From NCBI RefSeq assembly GCF_964213995.1, contig NC_135817.1, positions 44,392,001 through 44,456,000 on the forward strand: DNA of 64,000 nucleotides. The letters run 5' to 3'. The DNA comes from Mustelus asterias. Its lineage: Eukaryota. The position numbers were made by a program, and so were the translations under genes. The notes under the pieces were generated by a model, which was not told the DNA's origin, did not search any database, and was given only the letters and a program-made list of their open reading frames with translations. This document shows, piece by piece, positions 24,918-35,152 of the stretch. Each line of letters opens with the position of its first letter. Within the stretch, counting starts at the first letter, position 1.

Positions 24918-24954
24918 CCATCTGATGAAGGAGCTGTGCTCCGAAAGCTTATGG
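24918..24954 (+). ncRNA. Minimal type-I hammerhead ribozyme motif in the PLE terminal repeat
   Basis: CCAT-CTGATGA-A-GGAGC-tgt-GCTCC-GAAA-GC-TT-ATGG: stem I CCAT/ATGG, CUGANGA and GAAA core boxes, 5-bp stem II, palindromic AGCT as rudimentary stem III. Confidence 0.75.
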
Positions 24955-26177
24955 TATTTGCTACCAAATAAACCTGTTGGACTTTAACCTGGTGTTGTGA
25001 GACTTCTTACTGTGCTTACCCCAGTCCAACGCCGGCATCTCCACATCATTGGATATTAGCAGGGCTGAGTGGGGCAGATTTTTGATTGACAAGGGAGGCA
25101 AAGTTTAGTGGGTCAGGCAAGAAAATAGAGTTAAGATCATGATCAGATCAGCCATGATTTTATTGAATGGTGAAGCTGGCTTGAAGGGCCAAATGGTCCA
25201 CTTCTGCTCTTACTTCTTATGTTCTTTGATCTAGTGGTCAGTGAATCAGAAGGAGCTTCCAGCATCAGATTTAAAGGGCTGCCACTAGTGCTGCTCACAC
25301 AGTTGGAAGCAGCATCTGTCAATTGTCTGCCCACCAGCTCTGAGAAAAAGCAGCACTGCAGGAAAAGAAGGGGGTGGGGGGCGGGGGTTGGGGTGGAGCA
25401 TGAAGATCTTGAGCAGAATATCTGGCATCAATCTGGTAATTCCCGTGGCAGTTGCCATCCTTAACATCCCTGGATATGAAAATGGAAATAAAAACTGCTC
25501 CTCCAAGGCAACACTCCTGGATCAGAGGGACCTACTCCCATAACATCCACTGCCAGGAACAGTGGAGGAGGTGAGATGTCGGGTGGCCCCATGATGTTCA
25601 CTCTCTGTTTATCTTCCTCGCAGGCTGTTATTGAACAGTGAGAGATTCTCTTACTGCAGGTTGGCAAGAGGAAACCTTGCTGATGGATCTAGCTGAGCCT
25701 GGCTGAGGTGGAAGAGGAGGGTCAGTAGTCATGGGTGCTGCAATATGCTTTAAGGGATAACAGCATACCATCACTTGAAGGGAAGTGTATCATATGATTC
25801 ACCTTCAGTTTCACTTCAGCCTGGGGCAGAACAGAGACACACAGCTGTGCAGCTCTAACGCCCTCGAGGTTTATATACATCTATATTTGTTCACATATGC
25901 CGAGAATGGATAAATGAACCCAAAATGTGTTTGCACAAGCCCTTCTGAGTTACTGATGCCTTTAAATCACTAAAACACACGTGACATGGTGTGCAGCAGT
26001 GATTCCTTCCTAATGATATAGTTCTCAGCCTGGCAGCAAGATTCAGAACAGGTACAATATGGTGAACCATTTTACATCATACTACATGACATGAGATAAC
26101 CAGAGATGTTCTGGCCAGACCATAATGAAGCCACCATGTCAGAGTGTGCTGAATTCACAGCATAGTGAGTGATCTGA

Positions 26178-27572
26178 AAGGCTTTGGAAACACAAGACCA
26201 GGAAAGTGCTCCATTAAAGAGCCGGTAAGCAGATGGATCGTAGAGTTTTACAGCACCGGAAGAGGCCCTTCAGCCTATCTTGTCTGCACTGGCCATCAAG
26301 TACCAATCTATTTTAATCTCATCAGTGCTGAAGAGGTCATTCGTCCTATCGGGCAGCACTGACTCTCTGACAGAGTATCTTATCTCGGTCCTCTCCCCTG
26401 TCCTATCCCTCACAATTCCCATGGCTAATCCATCTAACCTACACATCTTTGGACATTATGGGCCTGATTTTACCATCAAGTTGCGCCCATTTTTGGGTGT
26501 GAAAACTTGGTAAAGTTGGGCGTGAGGCGAGTAGCATGATCCGCACCCACTTCCACACTGGTTCCCCCTTTACCAAGGCCCGAAAATGGCCACGATTGGG
26601 ACCCACCCGAAACGGGCGCGACAGCCATTTAAATGTATTTGCATGCATTTAAATTGACTTAATGGGCTGCACGCCCAACCTTCCCCTTTTACCGCCGCTT
26701 TCGCCCATCCAGAATCGGCGCGAAACAGACATGCTCCACTAAGGTCCGATTCGGGCGCTTCAGTGAGTGAGGAGGTAAGTGCCGCACGTCCGACAGCTCT
26801 CTGCTTGAGATCGGTAGGGAGGGGCGGGTAAGGGGGGGTCTGCGGCCACTCTGCCTGAGAGCAGTAAGGGGGAAGGGGGGGTCCACTGCCACTCTGCCTG
26901 AGATCAGTGGAGGGGAAGGGGGGAAGAGGCCTGCAATCGGTCTACATGGCAGAGAGGATGGGGGATAAGGGGGCTAGTAATGTTGTGGGGGGGGGGGTAA
27001 TGTCTGTGGGGGCCGGATAATGTCTGTGGGGGCCAGAAGGAGTCATTATCCATTCCTGGGAGCAGTGTGGCAGGGGAGCATTATTCTATCATTTTTCTTC
27101 TGCACGTGTGCAGTCGGAGACGCCAATCGGAGCTGCAGGATTTCAGGCGCGTTAAGCCCCGCCTGCAGGCTTGTGCAGTGCAATTCGGGCTCGCTGATAT
27201 TTATTCAGGCAGAGTGCTTATGGGTGCCCCCCAAGGGTCTAAATGGGTCTAAAAGTCGGATCTGAAACACTCCCAGTTTCAAGTCCGCTCAGCACTTAGA
27301 ATCAAAATAGTAAAATAGGGCCCCATGGGGCAATTTAGCATGGCCAATCCACCTAACCTGCATATCTTTGGACATTAAGGGGCAATTTAACATTGGCAAT
27401 CTCCCTAACCTACACATTTTTGGACTGTGGGAGGAAACTGGAGCACCTGCAGGAAACCGACGGTGACACAGGGAGAATGTGCAAATTCCATACAGATAAT
27501 GACCAGAGGCTGGAATTGAACCGAGTGCCTGGAGCTGTGAGGCAGCAGTGCTAACTATTGTGCCACCATGCT
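26178..27572 (-). mobile_element. V-SINE with internal tandem units, split by a MITE
   Basis: SINE head at about 27570, repeated CTAACCTACACATCTTTGGAC units, tail at about 26180-26340. Confidence 0.7.
26460..27323. mobile_element. Non-autonomous PIF/Harbinger-type MITE inserted in a V-SINE
   Basis: TIRs GGGCCTGATTTTACCAT and ATAGTAAAATAGGGCCC. 3-bp flanks TAT/CAT. GC-rich interior. The host SINE resumes afterwards. Confidence 0.8.
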
Positions 27573-28900
27573 ATCATCCTATTCTAAGAAATGCTCATTT
27601 TCGGGAGGCAGACGGACCCTTGGTAATATATTCTGCATTCTGAATTATTATTAATTGTTATTATTTTTGGACATGTGCATCATGACGTTTCCCATGGCTT
27701 CCTGACCCCACGTCATGACACCAGATGTTATTGAGGGCCAGGCGGAACAGCTGCTTGATCTGTACCCATTAAATTTAGTCCCATTAACGTCGAGCATGCT
27801 CAATGCATTTGCTGAGCGTCCAATGGCTCACTGCTCGAGACTGATCGTGTGTGGAATATTGAACTTGGCCGCCATCTGCTGGCAAACAAATATATTGTGA
27901 CACGAAAAGAAAACACATCTTAACTAAGAGAAAAGACAGGGGCTGGAATTCTTTGATTTGATTTGATTTATCATTGTCACATGTAGTGAGAAACAGTGAA
28001 AAATATCATTTTGCGTGCTATCCGTACAAATCATACCATACATTGCTCGTAAAGAATCGCCACACTCTCTCCGACCCCACCTGCAGCCGGGATTCTCCAG
28101 TTCCGCTGTTGTGAACAGAGATTTGGCTGAGCGCCAAATTCTCTGTCCTCAATGGCTGCGGCAATGGGGTGTGCAAGACTGGAGGAATTCCAGTGAGGGA
28201 TTCCAAACAGGGCATCACCCCACTTGCACGCATCTCATGATCGCCTCGCAAGCCATCAAACAGGAAGTGCTGAGTGTTGTAGAATTTTGGTCAGTTTTAA
28301 TGAAGTTTTTGTACTCTGAAGTAAATCAACTGTATGCACTTATTAACTATGAGAACTATGTACATACATACAGTATGTACATGCATATTATATACATAAA
28401 AGGGTTCAAACTAGGAGCTGTCTCCTGGGAGCTTGCTCGTACACAGGGCTCTGTCCAACACTAGACGGATCCCGAGGTGCGGGTCATGTGTTCTCATACA
28501 TCACCTGTACTCAGTCCCACATTAAGCCAGCACGGTGGCACAGTGGTTAACACTGCAGCCTTACTGTGCCAGGGACCCGGGTTCAATTTCAGAGTTTGCA
28601 CATTCTAATCACGTCTGCATGGGTTTCCTTCGAGTGCTCCGGTTTCCTCTCACACACCAAAGATATGCAGATTAGGTTGTTTGTCCATGCTAAATTGCCC
28701 CTTAATGTCAGGGGCATTAACAGGGTAAATACGTGGAGTTACAGGGATAGGGTGTGGTGAACCATCGTTGGTTCCCACTGGATAGTACTGAGCCAGGGTC
28801 TGGCCAGTACTACAAGGATGTACATATGTTACTGTTGGGTTAGGGATGGGTTGTGCTACTTGTTGCTGTTGGGGTTAGGGTGGGGTTGTTACACCTTTGT

Positions 28901-28939
28901 ATCGCTTCTCGGCCTTTTGGCTAAGATCAAGTGTAGTAT
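28901..28939 (+). pseudogene. U2 snRNA 5' fragment (nt 1-39)
   Basis: ATCGCTTCTCGGCCTTTTGGCTAAGATCAAGTGTAGTAT matches the vertebrate U2 5' end from nt 1 and then diverges abruptly. Confidence 0.93.
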
Positions 28940-29231
28940 GGATCGCCTGCACTTGGTTGAGGTCATTAGGTTACGCTGAGGCTTCATATGTTTCATATGA
29001 AGCAATTTTTAAAAGCGGCATCTCGGCCTTTTGGCTAAGATGCAAATGAGCTCAAGTCTTGGAGGAGGATCCTCCCCCTTCTCCAATCAGCTTGACTCAT
29101 GTAGATCAGGCCCAGGACAGGGTGGTTTTGGTCTCCCGTCCTGTCTTGTCAGCCTGGATCTGAAATGTCTCAACTTGTTGAGACTCTGAATTGGATTTGA
29201 TTTGATTGAATTGGAAAAGTATTTTTAAAAA
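28901..29231 (+). mobile_element. U2-headed structured retro-insertion (candidate SINE or chimeric retrocopy)
   Basis: U2 head, a second U2 stem-loop I copy at 29021-29041, several hairpins, a short A-rich end, flanked by TTGT (28897-28900, 29232-29235). Confidence 0.65.
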
Positions 29232-30384
29232 TTGTAGTGTTGTGGTACATCCCAGTCGGGCTCCGCCTCCTGGGAGAGGTATAAAGGTCCCTGCTCTGGC
29301 TGGGACCCCTCAGTCTGGGATCGTGTATATAATTATTGGCTGCTTCATTACAGTAAATAAAAGCCTTTATTTCCTGAGCATCTAGCCTCGTGTATGATAA
29401 CGCGCATCATAGGGCCTGGGTGGGATCGTTGTCGGTGCAGGCTCAATGGGCTGAATAGCCTTCTTCTGCACTGTAGGTATTTGGATATTTGCCATATGTG
29501 TATCTATCCTCTTTTTCCATACTTGGTATTGAAGCGCTTTTTGTTGATTTGACAGTTATAGTGATAAGTGGTTGTTGTTCCATCCTGTTTTTTGGCAGGC
29601 CATGCAAACATTGTGCTTACTTCATGTCATTTCTTTTCTCTGATTCTTTCATCATGTGAGTGGCTGCGATGTCCTCTGTGATGGAAGATGGCCTTTCCTG
29701 TTATGAGGATGTGGTTTTCAGTAAGGTAACCTTTGCATTTGGCTGTGTGCTGTTCTATCAGCAATAAATGGCTGCTACTTGTTTCCAGCATTGTCTGAAG
29801 AACTGACTTTCTGTTGGGGGTTAAAGCGTTTGCTCTGTCATTGCAGTGTTGACTTCATCAACCGTCATTGGTGCCGTAGATTGAAGATCTGCTGCTTGTT
29901 GGTTGCTTTACTGGCCATACTCCACTAACAGCGCCATGGTAACCATCTGTGTGGTTAACTGGTCTGACTAACGAGGGCTTTCCAGCACTGATAAAAAGAA
30001 TGGACAAATGTGCTCTGCAAAAAGAGAAGATAGTTCAGAGCTGAAGTCCCAGGCAGGATAATCTTTATTGTTTGAGCTCTCAGAAACTTGCAGTTCTATA
30101 TAACTTAAACAATAATTGTCTTGATTTCTTCTGCCATTTTGAGGAGATACAGGGCTACACCAGCATCTCTGCTCAAGAGAGAAAAAGGCTGGTTACATGG
30201 ATGACATATATCAGCTTGAAGATTTGTTTTCAGCCAATCCTTAGTGGTTCCAGCATCATGCCGATGACCAGAAGTCAGATTTCTCTGGGCCCATAAAGTC
30301 GTGTGTCTGTTGTTCACAGCCAGAGGTCTCTCAGCCATGGTTCTTTGTCCAAAACGACTCTAACACTGGCTCCCATGTCCATAG

Positions 30385-30903
30385 TATCAGAAAATTCCTA
30401 CAGTGCAGAAAGAGGCCATTCAGCTCATCGAGCCTGCACCGACAACAATCCCACCTAGGCCCTATCCCCAAAACCCCACATACTTACCCTGCTAATCTCC
30501 CTGATACTAAGGGGCAATTGAGTATGGCCAATCAACCTAACCCACACATCTTTGTACTGTGAGAGGAAACCCATGATGTGGAGATGCCGGCGTTGGACTG
30601 GGGTAAACACAGTAAGAAGTCTCACAATACCAGGTTAAAGTCCAACAGGTTTATTTGGTAGCAAAAGCCACTAGCTTTCAGAGCACTGCCCCTTCGTCAG
30701 GTAAGACTTACCTGACGAAGGGGCAGCGCTCCGAAAGCTAGTGGCTTTTGCTACCAAATAAACCTGTTGGACTTTAACCTGGAGGAAACCCACACAGACA
30801 CATGGGAGAATGTGCAAACTCCACACAGACAGTTACCCAAGGCCAGAATTGAACCTGGGTCCCTGGCATCATAAGGCAGCAGTGCTAACCACTGTGCCAC
30901 CAT
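30385..30903 (-). mobile_element. V-SINE split by a PLE insertion
   Basis: SINE consensus on both sides of 30574-30781. Confidence 0.82.
30574..30781. mobile_element. PLE fold-back insertion (tail on the left) inside a V-SINE, hammerhead cores at the centre
   Basis: Inverted arms centred at about 30705. CTGACGA-A-GGGGC-agc-GCTCC-GAAA-GCTA-GTGG at 30712-30744. Flanked by GAGGAAACCCA on both sides. Confidence 0.85.
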
Positions 30904-31323
30904 GTGAGATGGCCGTTAACTAGAATATCTACATTCCAATTATGAAAACCCAAGAGCCCTGGCCTCACTCAAGAAGCATGGCTGTGTAGCTTACTTGATG
31001 TGCCGTCTCAACCTCATGATTCTTTTGTGTATTTAGATGTTTTGCCTTGTACAGTTGTCAAAGTGTCCAATCCTGATACACTGAAAACATTGGGTTGAAA
31101 TTGCAGGACATTGAATGGACTGGAATGTGAGGTTTCCTTTGTACCACAGTTTACTTTCTTCTATCTATACATGGAGTTTAGGCTACCTAACAATCTGGAT
31201 AGCTTTCTCAGGGATTAAATCTTCCTTCATTTGCAGCATGTCACAGACTGTGTCATTCGCTACTCTAACAACTATGCTATTCCTGATAAGTTCACATTTT
31301 AGGTCTCTGTATTCACATTTTTA

Positions 31324-31468
31324 TGATGTGGAGATGCCGGCGTTGGACTGGGGTAAACACAGTAAGAAGTTTAACAACACCAGGTTAAAGTCCAACAGGT
31401 TTATTTGGTAGTTTGGTACAAATAAACCTGTTGGACTTTAACCTGGTGTTGTTAAACTTCTTACTGTG
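31324..31468. mobile_element. Short PLE fold-back insertion
   Basis: Tail plus inverted arms. TSD TTCACATTTTTA (31312-31323, 31469-31480). Confidence 0.85.
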
Positions 31469-33436
31469 TTCACATTTTTAGCCATCCTCTACAGATCATT
31501 AATGACTAAATCGATACGTTCTCCTGGTTGCTGGACACGCTTATTAAATTTAGCCCTTTTGAAGATTTTGTTGCTTCTTAGATTAAAATAAACATTGATG
31601 ATTACTGTACTTCAAATTTAGCAGATGATTTGTTGATCCATTGACCAGACGTTTTGGGCCCTTTTTGTTGCCAGGATCTTCTGAAGTACCTTTGGCTGGC
31701 CCAAAGCATCTCTGAATCATCTCCAGAAGTGCCAAATTCTTTCGTGCCTCGTGTTGTGAATACTACTGCAGAAGACTTCTTTGAATCTGAGTTGCCTGAG
31801 GATTGTGTCTTTGCTACTATACCATGTGAGAATGATGAAGAGTTAGTTCCAAGAGAAGAAGTGTCTACTAAAGTTCAAGTCATACTTCCAGAGTCAAGGA
31901 GCCAAGTTCCAAAATGTTGCATACAACGTAAGAGGAATAGACGTCCTTAGCTTTTTCACCCAAACAGTGGTGAGCCTGTGGAATTCATTACCACAGGAAG
32001 TGATTGATGCCAAAACATTGAATGTATTCAAGAGATAGCTGGATATAGCACTTGGGGCGAATGGGATCAAGGGTTATGGGGAAAAAACAGGATTAGGCTA
32101 TTGAGTTGGATGATCAACCATGATAGTAATGAATGGCGGAGCAAGCTCGAAGGGCCAAATGGCCTCTCAATGTCCTCCCCCAGCTCCTATCTTCTATGTT
32201 TCTATGTCTTCCTGATTGATTTTCTTATTGACTGGGTATTATGATTACTGATGCATAGCCTTGTGTCTAGAGTATTATTAATCCTATATATAACATCATA
32301 GTAATTTGTTGTTATGACCACAGAAGTAAAGGGAGAGGGATGTTATATATTTAAAAGGGTTGAAGATAGCTTTAAGAGCTGATCACATGATTGAAGGTGA
32401 TGCTATTAGGGTATTTGCCGAGGCTGCTGTTTTACTTTCGTTTTGTACTTTGTACAGGCCAGAACTCTTAGAATAAACCTGTTGTTGTTAGTCTGAATCT
32501 ACATGTGCAAACTACAGCTTTTTCTTTTCATTAAAATCCACAACCCCTAACATAGTTAGGACATTACAATGATTTGGCCAAATAAGTTCATTATCAACCT
32601 GCAAACCCTTCCTATACACCTGTGGAGCGAAGTGAGATCAGGAGAGTCTCCTGGTCAGCCAGAACCTGCAGAAGGCAAGGCACACTGCTGCAGTATCTTG
32701 CCAAGCATAACCATGGACCATCACATTGCAGTCAATGATTGCCAGTGTCCTCTCAGGGCCTGGTACCTAGAGAGAGAAAGGTTAACCTTTCTTTTCCAAT
32801 CTTTAGTTTTTTTTTACCTGATTCGGCATTGAATTCACTCATTTTATGTTTCATTCTCAGTCCTCCATAGTTACTAATGCTTCCAGTCCCCTGATTTTGT
32901 TTTTAATACTTTATGTCTTTACATGTTATACCACTCCATAATGATCCATTTTTTATTTGGATCACTGACAATTATTTTTTTCTTGTGATTTACTCAGTGA
33001 GTTGAGGGGAAGGAGGAAGAGGAGGAGGACGAGGTTGTGCTGACTTTAGTGGGGATGGGGGATTGCTGGAATTTTATATTTGTGGAGTTGGGTTGCTAGA
33101 ACTTGGAGTTTTCCATGCCTCAGTGGAGGGCTGATGTTATAAGGTTGCAGGTCCTGTGTCCTGTGAATTTTCTCTCAATAAGAGGAGGCAGTGTTCTAAC
33201 TCACAGTCCTGTCAATTAGTATCTTGACCACAGGTCCTAATCGGCTGGGGGACATTGAAACATTTGTTTCAGCACACAGATGGATTTACTGTATTTCTTT
33301 ACAGAACAGGCCATTTTCCTGACTGTTTTGCATTGGTAGCAATTTTACAACCCTTCAGACAAATGTTTAAAGTTTATTTATTATTGTCACAAGTAATAAT
33401 AAATAAACTTTAAACGTTTGTCTGAAGGACTGTAAA

Positions 33437-33629
33437 GGGAGAATTTAGCATGGTCAATGCACCTAACCAGCACATCTTTTGGACTGTGGGAGGAAACCGG
33501 AGCATCCGGAGGAAACCCACACAGACATGGGGAGAACATACAGACGCTACACAGACAGTGACCCGAGCCAGGAATTGAACCCAGGTCCCTGACGCTGTGA
33601 GGCAGCAGTGCTAATCATTGTGCCACTGT
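33437..33629 (-). mobile_element. V-SINE with a rearranged tail
   Basis: Head and V-domain intact. The tail is replaced by a fold-back palindrome. Confidence 0.8.
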
Positions 33630-34354
33630 TACTGCAACTTCAGAAGTTCAGAGTGCTGCAGGTTACTTTCAGCTCACTCCACAATATGCTTGCCATTCTT
33701 GTTTTGATTTTAAAAAAAAACATGTTCTGTTATTTTTAATGGCATCTTTTAAAACTTTATTTTTTCTTGTGCCTCCTATTATTTAAGAAGGCTGTGTTGT
33801 GTAAGGTTATATTATGTAATAATAGGTTCCCAACGCCACCTAAAGATACAATACCTTTGGCATGTTGCTATTGTTGGCATTTTTAAGATATATTCCCTTT
33901 AGATCCAGAATGAAGTATTGCTAGAAATTTATAATGGTTAAGGTCCTTGTATCTGGCTGGTGTGTTAGATTTGCTTGGGAGAGCAATAAGGAGTCATTTT
34001 GAGCTCCTGCCAGCTGCCAGCTCTCGTAAATATTGTGCAACTTCCTCCCTCTGCAATCTTAGTAACCCACTGTCTATGGACTAGACAGTGGGTTGATTTA
34101 ATTATAGACTGGAAGATTATTTTGTCTTCATTTTATATTCAGAGATTTTGAGAATGAATCACATACAGATTTTTGCATGCCCAATCGCTTCAACCCAATG
34201 CTAGAAGTACCTGCCTTAAAAATAATAGGCATATTTAAATAAGGTAATAATCATGCTGCAACATCACATGTTCTATTTTTCCATGATTTTTACCTCATTA
34301 AGGCCGATTATAAAAAACAACTGGAAAAGTAGAAGATCCGGTAGATAGAAAGAA

Positions 34355-35152
34355 AAGAAGACTTGCATTAATATAGTGCCTTTCATGACCACAGGTCATC
34401 CCAAAGTACTTTACAGCTAATAAAGTACTTTTGAAGTGCTTCATAGAATTCTATAGTGCAGAAGGAAGTCATTCGGCCCATCAAGTCTGCACCGACCACA
34501 ATCCCACCCACGCCCTATCCCCATAACCCCATGCATTTACCCTAGCTAGTCCCCCTGACATTAAGGGGCAATTTAGCATGGCCAATGCCCCTAACCCGCA
34601 CATCTTTGGACTGTGGGAGGAAACCGGATCACCAGGAGGAAACCCACACAGACAGGGGGAGAGCATGCAAACTTTACACAGATAGCGACCCAAGCTGGGA
34701 ATCAAACCCAGGTCCCTGGTCCTGAGAGGCAGCAGTGCTAACCACTGTGTCACCATGCCATCCATGATTGGTGTACAGTGTAGCCACTGTTGTAACATGG
34801 GGAGCATGCCAATCAACTTGTGCAGAGCAAAATCTAACAAACAAAAATGTGATGACCAATAATCTCTTTTTATGATGTTGATTGAGGAATAAATATTGGA
34901 CAGGATACCAAGACAACTCCCCCACTCTTCTTCAATATAGTGCCTTTGGATCTTTTACATACATCTATGAGAGCAGATGGGGCCTCCATTTAATATCTCA
35001 TCCAAAGATGGCATCTCTGACAAGTCAGTACTCTCTCAGTATTCTACGGGAGTATCAGCCTTGATTTTTGTCCTCAAGTCGTGGAATTAAACTTTGAATC
35101 ACTAATCTTCTAACTCAGAGGCAGGGGTTCTAACTACTTAATCCAGGCTGAC
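34355..35152 (-). mobile_element. Old Deu-domain SINE (SacSINE1/AmnSINE-like); related copies at about 1260-1740, 2545-2660, 13620-14870, 40225-40510 and 44015-44270
   Basis: Shared degenerate blocks (CACCTGAGAGGGCAGA, CATCTCATCCGAAAG, GTGTCAGCCTAGATT, TTCTGACTCAGAGG) among the copies. Family assignment is from recalled consensus. Confidence 0.55.
34442..34758 (-). mobile_element. V-SINE inserted in an older Deu-type SINE
   Basis: Full SINE pattern. The flanking older repeat continues on both sides. Confidence 0.82.

Larger units (their letters stand above)
23932..25044. mobile_element. Penelope-like element (PLE) 3' end as a 1.1-kb fold-back palindrome
   Basis: 538-bp arms (23932-24469 and 24474-25011), 4-nt loop, 33-nt unpaired tail. 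12-bp TSD ATCATTGGATAT (23920-23931, 25045-25056). The arm encodes the C-terminal half of a PLE-type GIY-YIG endonuclease (ORF 24480-24707: MNEHR...VGEHF...RRVAEQKLIAKFRTHEDGLNRD). Inserted in a CR1 fragment. Confidence 0.9.
22010..25220 (+). mobile_element. CR1-type LINE RT/3' fragment interrupted by a Rex1-like LINE and the PLE palindrome
   Basis: IRQSQHSFVKGK..LTKL..F.EDVT..VDKGEPV.V.YLDF, KFADET, SYEERLSGLGLYS, MRRNFFS. CR1 tail at about 25140-25220. Confidence 0.82.
28753..29409 (+). mobile_element. Solo LTR interrupted by the U2-headed element and inserted in a V-SINE
   Basis: TG...CA termini, 5-bp TSD TAGGG (28748-28752, 29410-29414), TATA-like GGTATAAAGG at about 29278, AATAAA at about 29356. 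The SINE sequence resumes exactly afterwards. Confidence 0.8.
28529..29477 (+). mobile_element. V-SINE split by the solo LTR
   Basis: Head at 28529, body to 28752, remainder at 29410-29477. Confidence 0.8.

Noticed and set aside
28836-28882. GGTTAGGG motifs as interstitial telomere
   Set aside because: Only two isolated units within the LTR, not a tandem array.
28901-28939. Functional U2 snRNA gene
   Set aside because: Only 39 nt match. The rest of U2 is missing, and it sits inside an LTR with no recognisable snRNA promoter.
29600-31950. Degraded minus-strand LTR-retrotransposon pol
   Set aside because: Only faint integrase-like hints. Too decayed to call without a profile search.
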